This document shows positions 21,700 through 33,300 of a stretch of DNA of 64,000 bases, piece by piece. Numbering within the stretch: position 1 is the stretch's first letter; each line of letters starts with the position of its first letter. Made by a program: the position numbers and the translations under genes. The notes under the pieces are model-generated. The model was given only the letters and a program-made list of their open reading frames with translations, was not told the origin of the DNA and made no database searches. The stretch spans positions 91,574,001 to 91,638,000 of the forward strand of contig NC_058380.1 of NCBI RefSeq assembly GCF_018350175.1, in the 5' to 3' direction. The DNA comes from Felis catus (lineage: Eukaryota).

Positions 21700-24600
21700 T
21701 GAGAATTCTGAACTTCAGGGGCGACCCTGAGAGAGGGAGACAGCCGGGTTCCTGAGGAGAGACCGGTGGGCTGGGCTGGGGGAAATGAGGTTGCCCCTGC
21801 TTGGAGCACACGGCCTGTCCTAAAAACGTCTGTCTCTGGGGCTAGTGCCCACAAGGCTGGGAAGTCCTTTCTCCCCACCCTGGCTCCTGGGCTGTGGCCT
21901 TGGGCTGGCCCGCAGCTGGGAGCCTCAGTTTTCCTTCTGCGCACTGGTGTGGGAGATGGAAGGAGGCAGGTGCAGGGAGCTGGGAACCTGTGTGGGTGAG
22001 GGCAGGGTGACGATCGCATGTCCACTGTTGCTTACTCTGTGCCTTCAGGGGAGATAGCCACGGAGGGAAAGGTGTGGCGGGCCCCAGCCTCTCTCAGGAA
22101 GGCCCAGGCGGTCTGCATTGCTGGCTGGCTCCTACATACTGAGGGCCAGGAGGTTCCCCTTGAGCTCTGGGGTCAGGCCCGGTGTCAGGACCCTTGCCTT
22201 TCCCGCTTCCTGTGGCCTGACCTGGGCAGGAGCGGCCACCAGGGCTTTGCTAGCTTCTGTCCCCAGCGTCCTGGCTGCCTGCTCCCCAGGGCCTCAGACA
22301 GGAGGGTCCTTCTTCCTGGGCAGCTGCAGTGAGACAGGAACCGGTATGTCTGGGCCAGGGAAGCAAGGGCAGGGGCTGGGGTCCTCCAGGCAGTTGGGTC
22401 TCCCTTGGCATAGGCCCGAAGCAGCTCAGCAGCCCGCTCCCTACCTGGTTCAGGCCTTCCATTGGCCTCAGGTGACCTCAGGCAGGGCCAGTCCCTGCTT
22501 TTGCCTAGACTCCAGCCACCCTTTTTCCCCACAGGCCCAGGATACAGTGGGCTGCCCTGGGGTGGGGGCTCGGGGCCCAGGAAAGCTGTCTCCACAGGGA
22601 CTTTGGAGACCCCAATCCTGGGCGAGGGGCCCATTACCTTCCTCCATACCACCTGTAGCCTCGTATCCCCGCCACTGTTCCTGTTGCCGTCCCAGGGCCC
22701 CTGACCACGAACAACCTTCTTGGCACAAGAGGCTGATCCCATCTCTGCCCTCTGGCCCGACCCTGTGCAGAGCCCTCCTGCTTTAGCTCTTTACCAGCCT
22801 TCCCTAGCTTGACATTCTCCTTGAGCATAGGTGACGAAAGGTGACATTCTCACAGCCCAGCAGAGACTCCGAGGTGACACCCATCTGTTGGGAGATACCC
22901 CCACCTCTGCCAGACCCTTACCCCGCAAGAGTGTAAGATCACATGTGGCACAGGACGTGGGGTGGTCCCTTAGCCAAGACCCTATGAAGTGGGCACTTGC
23001 TATGTGCAGACCCCAGGAGGTGACGCCTTCCTCCTGCAGTTCAGACACACTTCCCTGTCCCCCTGGGTGGCTGGCTGGGCTGGTTCCGAATCCCAGTCCC
23101 CCAGCTGCACCCCCACCCCGGGTTTTGTGCGGAACAGAAAGAGACGAGGCAAACTCAGTGCATGGGCATCTGGCGCTGGTCTCGGATGAGGAAGTGAACG
23201 TGCTCCCGGCCTGGGCGGGAAGGGAAGGGGTAGGAGAGGAGGCGCTGTGCTGCTGGCCTGGACCTGTGTGCCCTGTGGCTGGTCCACGTGGCCTCTGCAG
23301 CTCGAGATCAGAGTTGTCTCCCGCGGCAACTGGCGCCCGGCACAGCCCTCGTGCTGCACCCCCAGCCTGGGGGCTCTTTGGCCACCTGCCACTCTCTGCA
23401 CCCGCCTTCCAAAGGCTTCCCTGAACCCCCAGCATCATCTTGCCTTTGACAACGAAGTGTGTGCTGCCCTTGCTCCCTCCCCTGCGGGAGCAGGTGGCTT
23501 TGGAGCACGGCCACCAGGGGGCCTTCTGGGCACAGGCATGGACTCTGCCCTGCTCAGGATAACCCTTGGCCGGCAGGCAGCTAGGCTGTGGCCCCCCCCT
23601 TCCCTGAGGCAGCCCCCCAGGCTGGAGCTAACGCTGGTCCAGCCCTCCACCGCCCTAGGTGCTGCTGCCTGGCCACTGTCTGCAAGGGGGAGGTGGCCAG
23701 TGGCCCGCCCTCCGTCTGGGGCAGGGCCCCCCACCCCCATCTGTGGTTCCTTCAGTGGGTGCCCACAAGGAGGCCGGCCCCGAAGCAGCCCGGAGGGCTC
23801 AGCCGGGGGAGCCACAGTACGCTCCTGCTCCCAAGATGCTCACGGGCTGCAGAGATGGAGTTGGGTGCCCGCCTGCGTCCCAGAGAGTCACAGGGCCTGG
23901 GGTGAGGCGGCAGGATGAGGCCCCCGCTTTCCCTTTGACTCACGCTTTCTCACCTTCTTGACTTTCCCCTGAGAGCGTCTCATTCTGACTTGTTTCTAGG
24001 CCAAACCTCAGGGCCCCATTTCCCAGCCAGCAGGTTTTCATGACGGGGGGCCGCCAACCCGAGCTGGCAGGTGTGTGACCGGGGAGCAGTGGACCTGCGG
24101 CGGAGGGCAGGGAGGGTCCTTTCAATCCACCCAGAAAGGCAGCGGGCTGTGGGTGTGGGTGAGGCCTGTGGTGAGCGCCTTGGCCAGCCTGGCCGCGCAA
24201 ACAGGAAGGGCACGGGTGCCAGCAGCCAGAAGCCAGGTCCTAGCTGGCTGCCGTGGGATCGGCCCCTGCCCACCTGTCCCCCTGCCCACCTGCTGGGTGC
24301 CTGCCGCAAGGAGAGGTGGGCTGAGGCCAGGGTGTGGCTGCTCTGTGGTACACCCGTCAGTGGAGAGACGCCAGGGTGGGGCCAAAGGCTCAGCGCCACC
24401 CGGGGCATCCCCCTAAACGTCGGTGGGGGGGGGGCTCCGGGCAGGCCCTGGTGACCACCGGCAGGGAGTCAGGCCTGGCTGCGGCACCCACACCACAGGC
24501 TGCCAGATGGTTGCCGCCAGACCCCATAGCCTTCCTCCCCTCCTTCCACGTTGCGCAAAGCCCCACTGCAGCTCGGAGGTTATGCAGCGGCAGGGGAGCC

Positions 24601-26120
24601 CCACAGATGCCACACTGCCCCCTCTCCTGCATCGGCCTCTGTCTCCTCCGTGGATCTCACGCCAGCTCCCGGCTCCACCCTGACAGCAGTCTGGTCCTCA
24701 CTGGGGGGGGGGGGGGGGGGGGGCGGGGGCTGGGAGAGGCCAGCAGCTTCAGGTGCCACAAAGTGAAAAAGGATGGGGACAGCGGGCTCTGCAAGGTCCC
24801 CAGAATGGGGTGGGGCAGCAGACCCAGCCAACAGTTCCTGTTTGGCCTTCCTTCCACAACAGCCATCCCGCAGATTCAAGAGCGGGACCGGCCTGAGGCC
24901 TCCGGAAGCTGAGCACGAGGGCCAGTCCTTGCCCTGGCACGTCGGGGACCACGTGAGGGTCCAGCCAGGGTGAAGGAGGCAGATGGGCGCTGGCTGAGCT
25001 GAGCATGGGGAGGGGGCCAGAGCTCAGGGGAGGCCGACCTTGCCGGTTTGCCGTGTCTCCCGCTCAGAGGAACTGGAGAAGAAGGGGAAGGAACTTGACC
25101 TCCAGGCCTGGGCCCCCAGAGCTGGCCAGAGGGCAGCGGTGGGGGTGGAGAAGGCCTCTGGACTTGTGCCTTCCTTTTCCTGGAGGGAGCAGGCGCCGGC
25201 CCCCTACCTGCCAGCGTCAGGGACACAGCGACTCCTTCCCTTTCCACCCTGGAAAGCCCCCTCCCTGTCCCCACCCCCATCCTGGGCTGTGGGGCCCGGA
25301 GGAAGAGGCCTGGAGCCCCCAAGGGCAGGCCCCTGCCCATACTCCAGGCTGGCCGGGACCCTGGGACTTCGTGGACATGTGTCCTTGGGTGAGGAAAGAA
25401 GGCACGTGGCCCTGCAGCCCACCCTGGGGCCAGGCCCAGGCTGGCGCCTGCCCTTCCTAGGCACGTGCTGTGGCCTGGTGTGGACGCTCCCGGGACCCCG
25501 GGGCAGTCCCCCTCCCTGGGAACCTGGGTTCTGTGGCGAGGCAGGCGTGCTAGAGGCGGCAGGGGTGAGGAGGGGCGGGGCAGCGCCGTGAGAAGCTGTG
25601 GCCGAAGGCTCAGGCTCCTGGCAGGGCGCTGAGCACAGCAGGTCTTTGTGGGGGTCTGGGAGTGGCAGAGCGGGCAGGCGTTGGGCAGGGGAAGTGGGTG
25701 ATGCTACCGCAGGAGGGGCCTCCCAGGGAAGTGCGCCCTGCTTTCCGGGCCTGGGTGGTGGGCAGTGACTGGGTCCTTGCCAGCGGGGCGCTCTTCTGGG
25801 AAGGGGGCCCCCCCATCGGCCCAGGACGGCTCCTCCCCTGCTGGCCCCAGGCCCCTTCAGCAGGGGAGCGGGGCCTGGTGTGGGCTCTGGATGGCGCCCC
25901 TCCTAGAACCACCTAGCCCCCCTCCCCCACAGCCAGAGGCTCGGAGGAGAAAGCCAGCGGGCGGGCGGGCAGGCGGGTGAACCAGGATGGTGGCTGTTGC
26001 CAAAGGTCACCCCCAGGGCGGGGGCCGGGGCGGAGCGGGAGCAGGAAGATACCCTGGTTTCTGTCATCTTGGGCAGATGAAAGGAGATCGCTTCCAGGTG
26101 GGGCCGGGCGCGGGGGCGCA

Positions 26121-26164
26121 GCTGTGATTTCAGGGCGCCTCTGCCTAGTGGCTGCTGTGATTTG
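26121..26164 (-). promoter_or_regulatory. Two tandem GFI1/GFI1B-type motifs upstream of the FUT7 start
   Basis: GCTGTGATTT occurs twice (reverse complement AAATCACAGC); the second copy reads CAAATCACAGCA. Motif match only. Confidence 0.45.
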
Positions 26165-26204
26165 AGATCCTCGGGTGGCTGCAACCGGGCGCTGTGGATG
26201 AGCC

Positions 26205-27335
26205 ATGCTGGTGAGTGCGTGGTCCCCCGGGAGACCTGGGCCGGGAGGAAGGGGCCCGCGGGGCGCGCCCGGGAAGACAGCCGCTCTCCCCCCTCCCCCC
26301 CCCGCGTGTCCCCTGTAGGATGCGGCCCCACTCAGAGGCGTCGGGCATCTGGGGATGCTGGCCGGAGCCGCCCTGCTCTCCACCCTGTGGCTCCTGTGGC
26401 AGCTCGGGTGGGCCCCCGCGAGGGTCCCCGTGGCGCCGCCCACGCTCACCGTCCTCGTCTGGCACTGGCCCTTCGCCGACCAGCCCCCGGAGCTGTCCAG
26501 CGACACCTGCGTCCGTTACGGGGTGGCCCGCTGCCGCCTGAGCACCAACCGCAGCCTGCTGGCCAGCGCGGACGTCGTGGTGTTTCACCACCGCGAGCTG
26601 CAGAGCCGGCGGGCCCGCCTGCCCCTGGCCGAGCGGCCGCGGGGGCAGCCCTGGGTGTGGGCCTCCATGGAGTCGCCCAGCCACACCCGCGGCCTCGGGC
26701 GCCTGGGCGGCATCTTCAATTGGGTGCTTAGCTACCGGCGGGACTCGGACATCTTCGTGCCCTACGGCCGGCTGGAGCCTCACGCGGGGCCCGCCCCGCC
26801 GCTGCCGGCCAAGAGCGGGACGGCAGCCTGGGTGGTCAGCAACCTCCAGGAGCGGCAGCGGCGCGTGCAGCTGTACCGGCAGCTGGCGCCCCACCTGCGG
26901 GTGGACGTGTTCGGCCGCGCCAGCGGGCGGCCGCTCTGTGCCGGCTGCCTGCTGCCCACCGTGGCCCCGTACCTCTTCTACCTGGCTTTCGAGAACTCGC
27001 AGCACCGAGACTACATCACCGAGAAGTTCTGGCGCAACGCTCTGGCCGCCGGCACCGTCCCCGTGGTGCTGGGGCCCCCGAGGGCCACCTACGAGGCCTT
27101 CGCGCCCGCCGACGCCTTCGTGCACGTGGACGACTTCGGCACGGCCCGAGAGCTGGCCTCGTTCCTGGTGGGCATGAACGAGAGCCGCTATCGGCGCTAC
27201 TTTGCCTGGCGGGACCGGCTCCGCGTGCGGCTGTTTGGGGACTGGCGAGAGCGCTTCTGTGCCGTCTGCACCCACTACCCCCGCCTGCCGCGAGACCAGG
27301 TCTACCGGGACCTCAAGGGCTGGTTCCAGGCCTGA
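26205..27335 (+). CDS. FUT7: Alpha-(1,3)-fucosyltransferase 7 (GT10), 2 coding exons, ~340 aa
   Basis: Exon 2 ORF contains VVFHHREL, MESPSHT and FYLAFENSQHRDYITEKFWRNAL (alpha-1,3 FucT motif) and ends GWFQA*. Intron 26211-26318 (GTGAGT..TAG). The in-frame start is the ATG at 26205 (MLDAAPLRGVGHLGMLAG...) or the internal ATG at 26355. The ATG at 26198 is out of frame (see findings), so the start is uncertain. Confidence 0.93.
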
Positions 27336-29499
27336 GCCCTGGCTGCAGGAGGAGGCAGAGGGGGGCGGCCGGGCGCTGGCGGTGTGGGTGGAAGGCTGGA
27401 TGTTGAAATCAAACCACCGGGCATCCGGCCCTGATGCGCAGCCGTCAGGTTAACATGGAGGCTGGGGTCAGAGGCTAGAAAGCAGGGGTGTGGGAGGAGG
27501 GGGACGATCTGGGCGGGCTGTCTGGAGGAGGCTGGTGAGCACTGGGGCGAGCGTTTGGCGGTGAAGGTTGAGAGCAGGGAGTTAGTGGGGGTGCGTGTTG
27601 CTAGTTGATCGCAGACGCAGGCTCCCGCGACCTCTGAAGACCTCCCTCCCCGCCTTGGTGACATGCCGGGCGGATCGAGGCTGTGCCAGACACGGCGGCG
27701 GGGAGGGGGAGAAGGCCAGAGGCAGGGCGCTGGGCCTGGGGGTCATGCCCTCCTGCAGTCTGTGGGGGGAAAGACCGCGCCCCCCCGACCTCCTCTGTAA
27801 CGGACCGCTGGCCCGGGTCGTGCGGGCACATCACCCTCGCCCTCCACGGTGCCGGAGCCCCGGTGTGCAGACCTGTGCCAGGCCTGGGGACACCACACAA
27901 GCACACCAGTTCGCTGGCCTCTCCCACCCGCGGCCCACTCTAGGGAGGGCAGCTGCCAGTAAAGGGAGAACGAGAATGGCATGTGCTGACTCTTTGTCTC
28001 TCTGCCCCCACCCCCCGCCGTTTCACCCCTGCCACACAGGCCTCCTTGTCCTGAAGGAATCGGGCCCGCTCCTCCTCAAGGCCTCTGAGCTCCCTGTGCT
28101 TGAGAGGCCCTCCCCCACACTGCTCTGCCCGCGCCTCCCAGCTTCCCTTAGCCACTGCCAGACGAACAGCATGGCATTGGAGAGCCTTCCCTGACCGAGG
28201 CGGGTGGAGGGCAGGGGTGCCGAAATCTGAAACCTGGCTCGGGGGGGAGGTCAGAGATACCCCGTCTTAAAGACCCTGGGATTTCATTTTCAGGCTGCAG
28301 AGGCGTCTGGGGTGTGGCAGGGCTTGGTTTGTGATACCGGGTTCTCTCTGACAGGTGGTTTGTGGCCGCAAGGGCAGAGGTGGGTACTGACAATGGGGCG
28401 GTCAGGGCAGCCCCCGTGGCAGGCTGCGTGTGGGGGAAGGAGCGGAGAAGCTGGTGGTGCTGACGGGGGCCTCCAACAGGCTGAGCCCCTGGGGCAGGGG
28501 ACAGGATTCGCCCCTGCCCCAGGTGGGGTTGGATGGCATGTGGAGGCAGGAAGCTGCCCTCCCCCTGGCAGTGGCTTGTGGGAAAGGCCTGCCAGTGACT
28601 TCCTGCCCTGACCTGGCAGGGAAAAGGAAGCGTCCTCAGGATGTACGGTGGGGTGGGTGGGGGACCGTGCCCCCCACCCACCCCACTGTAAAGAAGGAGC
28701 TGGGAAGGGGCAGGTAGCTGTGGTTCCCCCCAAAGCCTGCCATTCAGCTTAGGGTGCACCCTCTATGCGAACCACAGACATGGCCATCTCTCGGCCTGCG
28801 CCTCCCGTTGGCAAGTGGGGAGACTGAGGCTGGGGAGGAGCCACCCGAGCCACCCACAGAGGTTCCCTGCCCCCTGCTGGCCTCTGCTGGCCTCCATGGG
28901 AAGCGGCAGCCTCACCCCACCAGGCATCAAACTGCCTCTGCGGAAATCACTCCATTCCAAATTCCGTGTGTGGAGGCCTGGCTCGCTCTGCTCTCCCAAA
29001 CAGAGAGGAAAACGAGCCCCTTACAGTGGGGGCAGCCTCCGTCTCTTCAAGCACCCTGCCCGCCCCACCTGCCGGGAGCCAGAGAGCTGCAGCACCACAC
29101 CCCCGGCCCAGCCAGGCCCATCCTGACACTTGGTCACCAAGTGGCTCCTTCACAAGGGACCAAGGGACGAAGTTCTTCCAGCGGTGGGACAGTGCACCTG
29201 CAGCGCTTCTCACAAGAGCCGCCCCCCCCCCCCTCCGCCTTAAGAGGCGCGGGTCGGGAAGCACCTTGTGGGGCCCAGAACGTTGCTTCTGGACGACCTG
29301 AAGGCAGACGTTGCCCGCCCTGCACAGGTGGGATCTCCAGCCAGTGCTAAGCTTTCCCCTCCCCACGTGCGGGTGGCCACACCCTTCCAGCCTGGCAGTG
29401 ACCCTGGGGACCGAGACCTGGCTCTGACGTCCAGGTGAAATCCCTGCCTGCAGCACTTGAACGCGGGCGGGTGGAGGTGGTGACAGGGTGGGAGCCGAG

Positions 29500-30360
29500 C
29501 CTCCCCTAGCATCCCTTCAGGGCGCCCTGGGGGCCAGTGACCGCCTTGGGGCGCCTCTGCGGGAGCGCGAAGATCCCAACGGGGGCTGCTGTGCGCGGGC
29601 CCGATGCTTCCGGGAGAAAAGCGCCCCGGAGGGGCGGGATGAGTCGGTTTAGACGGGGGCTCTGGGGCACGTCACTTCAACGCCTGGCGGGATGGGGGCG
29701 ACCAAGGAGGCCGCCCGCGGCGGGGCAGAGCTCCAGGATCCCGCGCGGATCGCGGCGGCGGGCGCGGCGCAGCGCAGCGCGGCGCCTTTAAGCGGGGGCG
29801 GTGCGGGCGGGGGGCGGAGCCAGCGCGGAGCCGGTCTCGGACGCCCGAGGCCCCGCCCCGCGCGGGCGATGCCGAGCGGCGCGGCGGGCGGCGGGGCCGG
29901 CGGGGCGCGCAGAGGAGCGGGCCGCGGCGCGAAGGCGGCCGGAGCGCGGCCCCGCCATGGGCTTCCTGCACCAGCTGCAGCTGCTGCTCTGGAAGAACGT
30001 GACGCTGAAGCGCCGGAGCCCGGTGAGCGACCCCGCGCGCCTCCCGGCCTGCCCCGAGCGAGAGGGCGCGCGCACCGGGGCCGGCGGCGCGCTTTCCGCG
30101 CGCACGTGCGGCCGGGCGCGCGCAGACCCCGGGCGGGCTCTGGGGGCGGCGGGCCCGAGACCCCTTCTCGCCGGACCCCGCCCGCCCTGGCCGGCTCCGG
30201 CCTCTGGGGAGGGGGCTCGGCCGTGCCCAGCCCGCGGCCCGCGCCCGCTGACATTCGCGGTGCTCGGCTGAGTCACGGGATGGGCGCCCTGCGCGGCGCG
30301 CTCTTGGGGTCTAGCTGCGCGAGTAGGGGGGCGAGCGGTCCCAGGACCCTGGGGTCGCGG
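29500..30360 (+). promoter_or_regulatory. CpG island promoter of ABCA2 (exon 1A)
   Basis: CpG-dense with GC boxes at 29793-29818 and a Kozak-context cccgccATGG at 29957. Confidence 0.82.
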
Positions 30361-33300
30361 GAGGCCCTGGTTCCTGGGACAGAGGACAGGCATGGGGGGA
30401 CTCTGTCCAGCCCAGAGGCTCCTTGGCCTCTGGGCCCAGCCCCCCTGGAGTCCCTGCAGGGACCCTGCCCCTTCCCTCCCTGCACCACCCCTCTGCCCTT
30501 GGACAGACACCTCCCTTCCTCCCCCTCCTCCTCCCTTTCACCCTCCTCCTCCTCCTCCTCCTCCTCCTCCTCCTCCTCCTCTTCCTCCTCCTCTTTTTCA
30601 CCCTTCCCGAAAGTCCCTTAGCCCGTGCTCCTGCCTTCTCACCAATGGGAATGTCCTTGCTGTGGCAGCATCGGCCAGCCTGCAGCCCTGCACCCTTTTG
30701 TCCTTTGGGGCAGTCCTCCCTGAGGCCGATCCGCCTTCTGGTCTCCCCAGCCCCAGCTTCCTTTGGGAGCCGGATCCTGCTATTTGGAGATGTGACCTCC
30801 AAGCACCCCAGCTGTCCGCCCGTGCCTGGGGTGGCCAGGGGCCTGAGGGTACAGGACACAGCAGCTGTCAGGGGCAGAGGCCCTGGTGAGGAGCCAGCCT
30901 GGGGCAGAATGGGTACCATCACGCCGGCCCTCACCGCTCTTGCCCCGGGAAGGGCAGGGCCATCTCCTGTTGTCCTGCCCAGCCGACAGCAGCACATGCA
31001 CCAGAGAGGCCTGGGCAGCTCCGGTTTCTGAATGGGCCCTGGGGATTTTCCACAGTGAGGCCCAGAGCAGGCTGGGGTCCAGAGTGGGGGCCCGAGGAGG
31101 AGGCATCCCCTTGCCCACCTGGGGCCCAAGAGGCTCCTCTCCCACCTGACTCTGAGCCCAGTGGGGCTGATGAGCCTCTGCATGGGTGCCTCCTTGAGAA
31201 GGGCTCTGGAGTGCATAATCAGAAGCCCAGGGTTGCAGGCAGGGTGGGGTGGCCATCATCACCATGGCTGGCAGGAGTGCCCTGGGCACCTGAGCCTGGC
31301 AGGGAGCCGGGGTTGAGTACACTCCCTGCCCACGTGCCTGGGGCTGGCTGGCACCGGGTCCCATGGGTCAGGCCTGCAGCCTCTGGTGCACCTTCCCCTG
31401 CTTCAGATTTGGGGTTACTGGGGGCACCAGGGCAGGGCTCAGGGGAGGAAGGGAGACTGGGATGTGGGCATTAGCATTATCCCCAGGGTTCTCAGCAGGA
31501 AGGGCCCCCAGGGGCTGGGAACAGAGCCTAGAATGATGGTCCCTGCATCCACTGGAGACCTCAAGGCTCAGGGAAGGGAGCAGCAGCTTGTGGGGCACCT
31601 GGCAAGCAGGTGGGAGGTGCCTTCTGCCAGATACCCAGGAGTGGCCCCACCTGCTAGGTTGGGCCTTCCCTAGAGTCTTCCTGTACCCTGCCCAGCGGCA
31701 CCACCAGGGACTGGTTGGGCCACATGGAGGTCCTCGGCCTGAGGCCACAGCAAATCAGAAATTCCTCCTCCAGGGTGGCTAAGGCCTTGCTGGGCTCGCG
31801 CCGCGGGGCTGGGGCAGGGGCTGGCCAAGTGCCTGGCCCACTCCTCCTGGTCCCCCGCTTTCCTGGGGAGGTCTTGGGCTTTGGAGTTGGACCTGCGGGC
31901 TTGGCCAACAGAGGTTCTGCTCTGCGTTCTATGCGCTTCTCTGGGGGAGGGCTTGGTTCGGAGGGAAGGGACGAAGGCCCTCTGTGCCCTGCTCTTTCAC
32001 GCTTCGCATCTCTGTGCCTTGGTTTCTCCATCTGAGTGTCGCCTATCCCCTCTTAGCTGGGACGGGTCTGCCCTGCTGTAGGGACGGCTGTAGCCTCACC
32101 CCTGGGGTCAGGGTCAGGCCGCTCCGTTCAGGTCTCCTCTGTTCTCCCCTTGACACAGCAGGAGGTGGCTCAGGCCCAGAGTGGGCACCCAGGCCCCGGC
32201 AACACCATGGGGGCACTGGGCTAGTCTCAAGGGACTGGGCTTTAACCACCTTGCCGGCCGCGGGTGGGGTGCCCAGGTGGGGCTCCCAGGTGGGGCCTAA
32301 CCTGCACTGCCTGCCTGTAACCAGATGCCCCTCTGGCCGCCCGCCCGCCCGCCAAGCAGGCCTCCCTCCTCCCAGCAGCTCCTGCGCGGCTGTTGCTATA
32401 GCAATGAGGAGGTAGCCGCGGCCTGTTGCTGCAGTTACGTGGTGGAGGTGCCCGGTGGCAGGGCGGGTGTGGGTGGGGCTGGCACCGCGGCCGCGACCCC
32501 GCGCGCCTGCGTCGCCACTCGCATGCAGCCACCCTCACTCAGTGCCCGTCCCCAGCCCCGTGGCTGCCCGTGGTGCCTCTCCAGCTAGCCCTGGGAGGGG
32601 GTGGAGGCTGGCACGGGCTGGGGCGAGTGTGGGGTGCGGACACACAGTGGGGTGTTCCAGGCCACAGAGCACGATTGTCAGAGTGCGGTAAACAGGAGCA
32701 GCTGGTCCACCCCAGGGGACCGGGAGCCCGGGCCCTGGGCCAGGCGGAACGCCACCGGGGTGGGGGCTCTGAAGCTGCTTTGGGGGCAGGGGGCGAGGAG
32801 GAAGGAAACCCGGAGGCTCTGAGAAGAGCGAGTGGGGTGGAGGTCGGGGTGTGTCTTTGGGCTGAGCAGGGGGCTCCCCCTCAGGGCAGCTGGCCTGAGG
32901 TCCGGTCTCTCCACCTTCCCTCCCTGAGCCGGGAGAGGTGGGGGTGGTCACGGGAGGCCTGGGTCCCTGGGGCTGCTGGCATTTGTCTCCCACACAGAGC
33001 AGTTCCATCAGGGCTCACCTTGGCGCCCAGGCGGGGGTGGCCGGGGCAGTCCCAGGAATACTGAACAGGGGTGCTGGGGAGGGCAGGCAGGGCTGCTGAG
33101 CGCCCCCCACTGCCGTGAACCACGTTGGGGGGGGGAGGGGAAGGGGCCAGGGCGGAAGAAGGTGCCTGTGCCTCAGGGACTCAGGGCTGTCAGACCTCTG
33201 ACCAGGTTTCTCTGGAGGCTCAGGACCCGGGGCTAGAGCCATGCCTCCTCCTGTCCAGGCTTTGGGCTGTGATGACGGCTGTCACAGCCAGGAGGACTCA

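Noticed and set aside
21700-25000. Many 100-220-aa ORFs between NPDC1 and FUT7 (possible C9orf139-like gene)
   Set aside because: No recognisable protein or consistent exon structure; expected by chance at this GC content.
26145-27275. 376-aa minus-strand ORF over FUT7
   Set aside because: Antisense shadow of a GC-rich coding exon; no recognisable domain.
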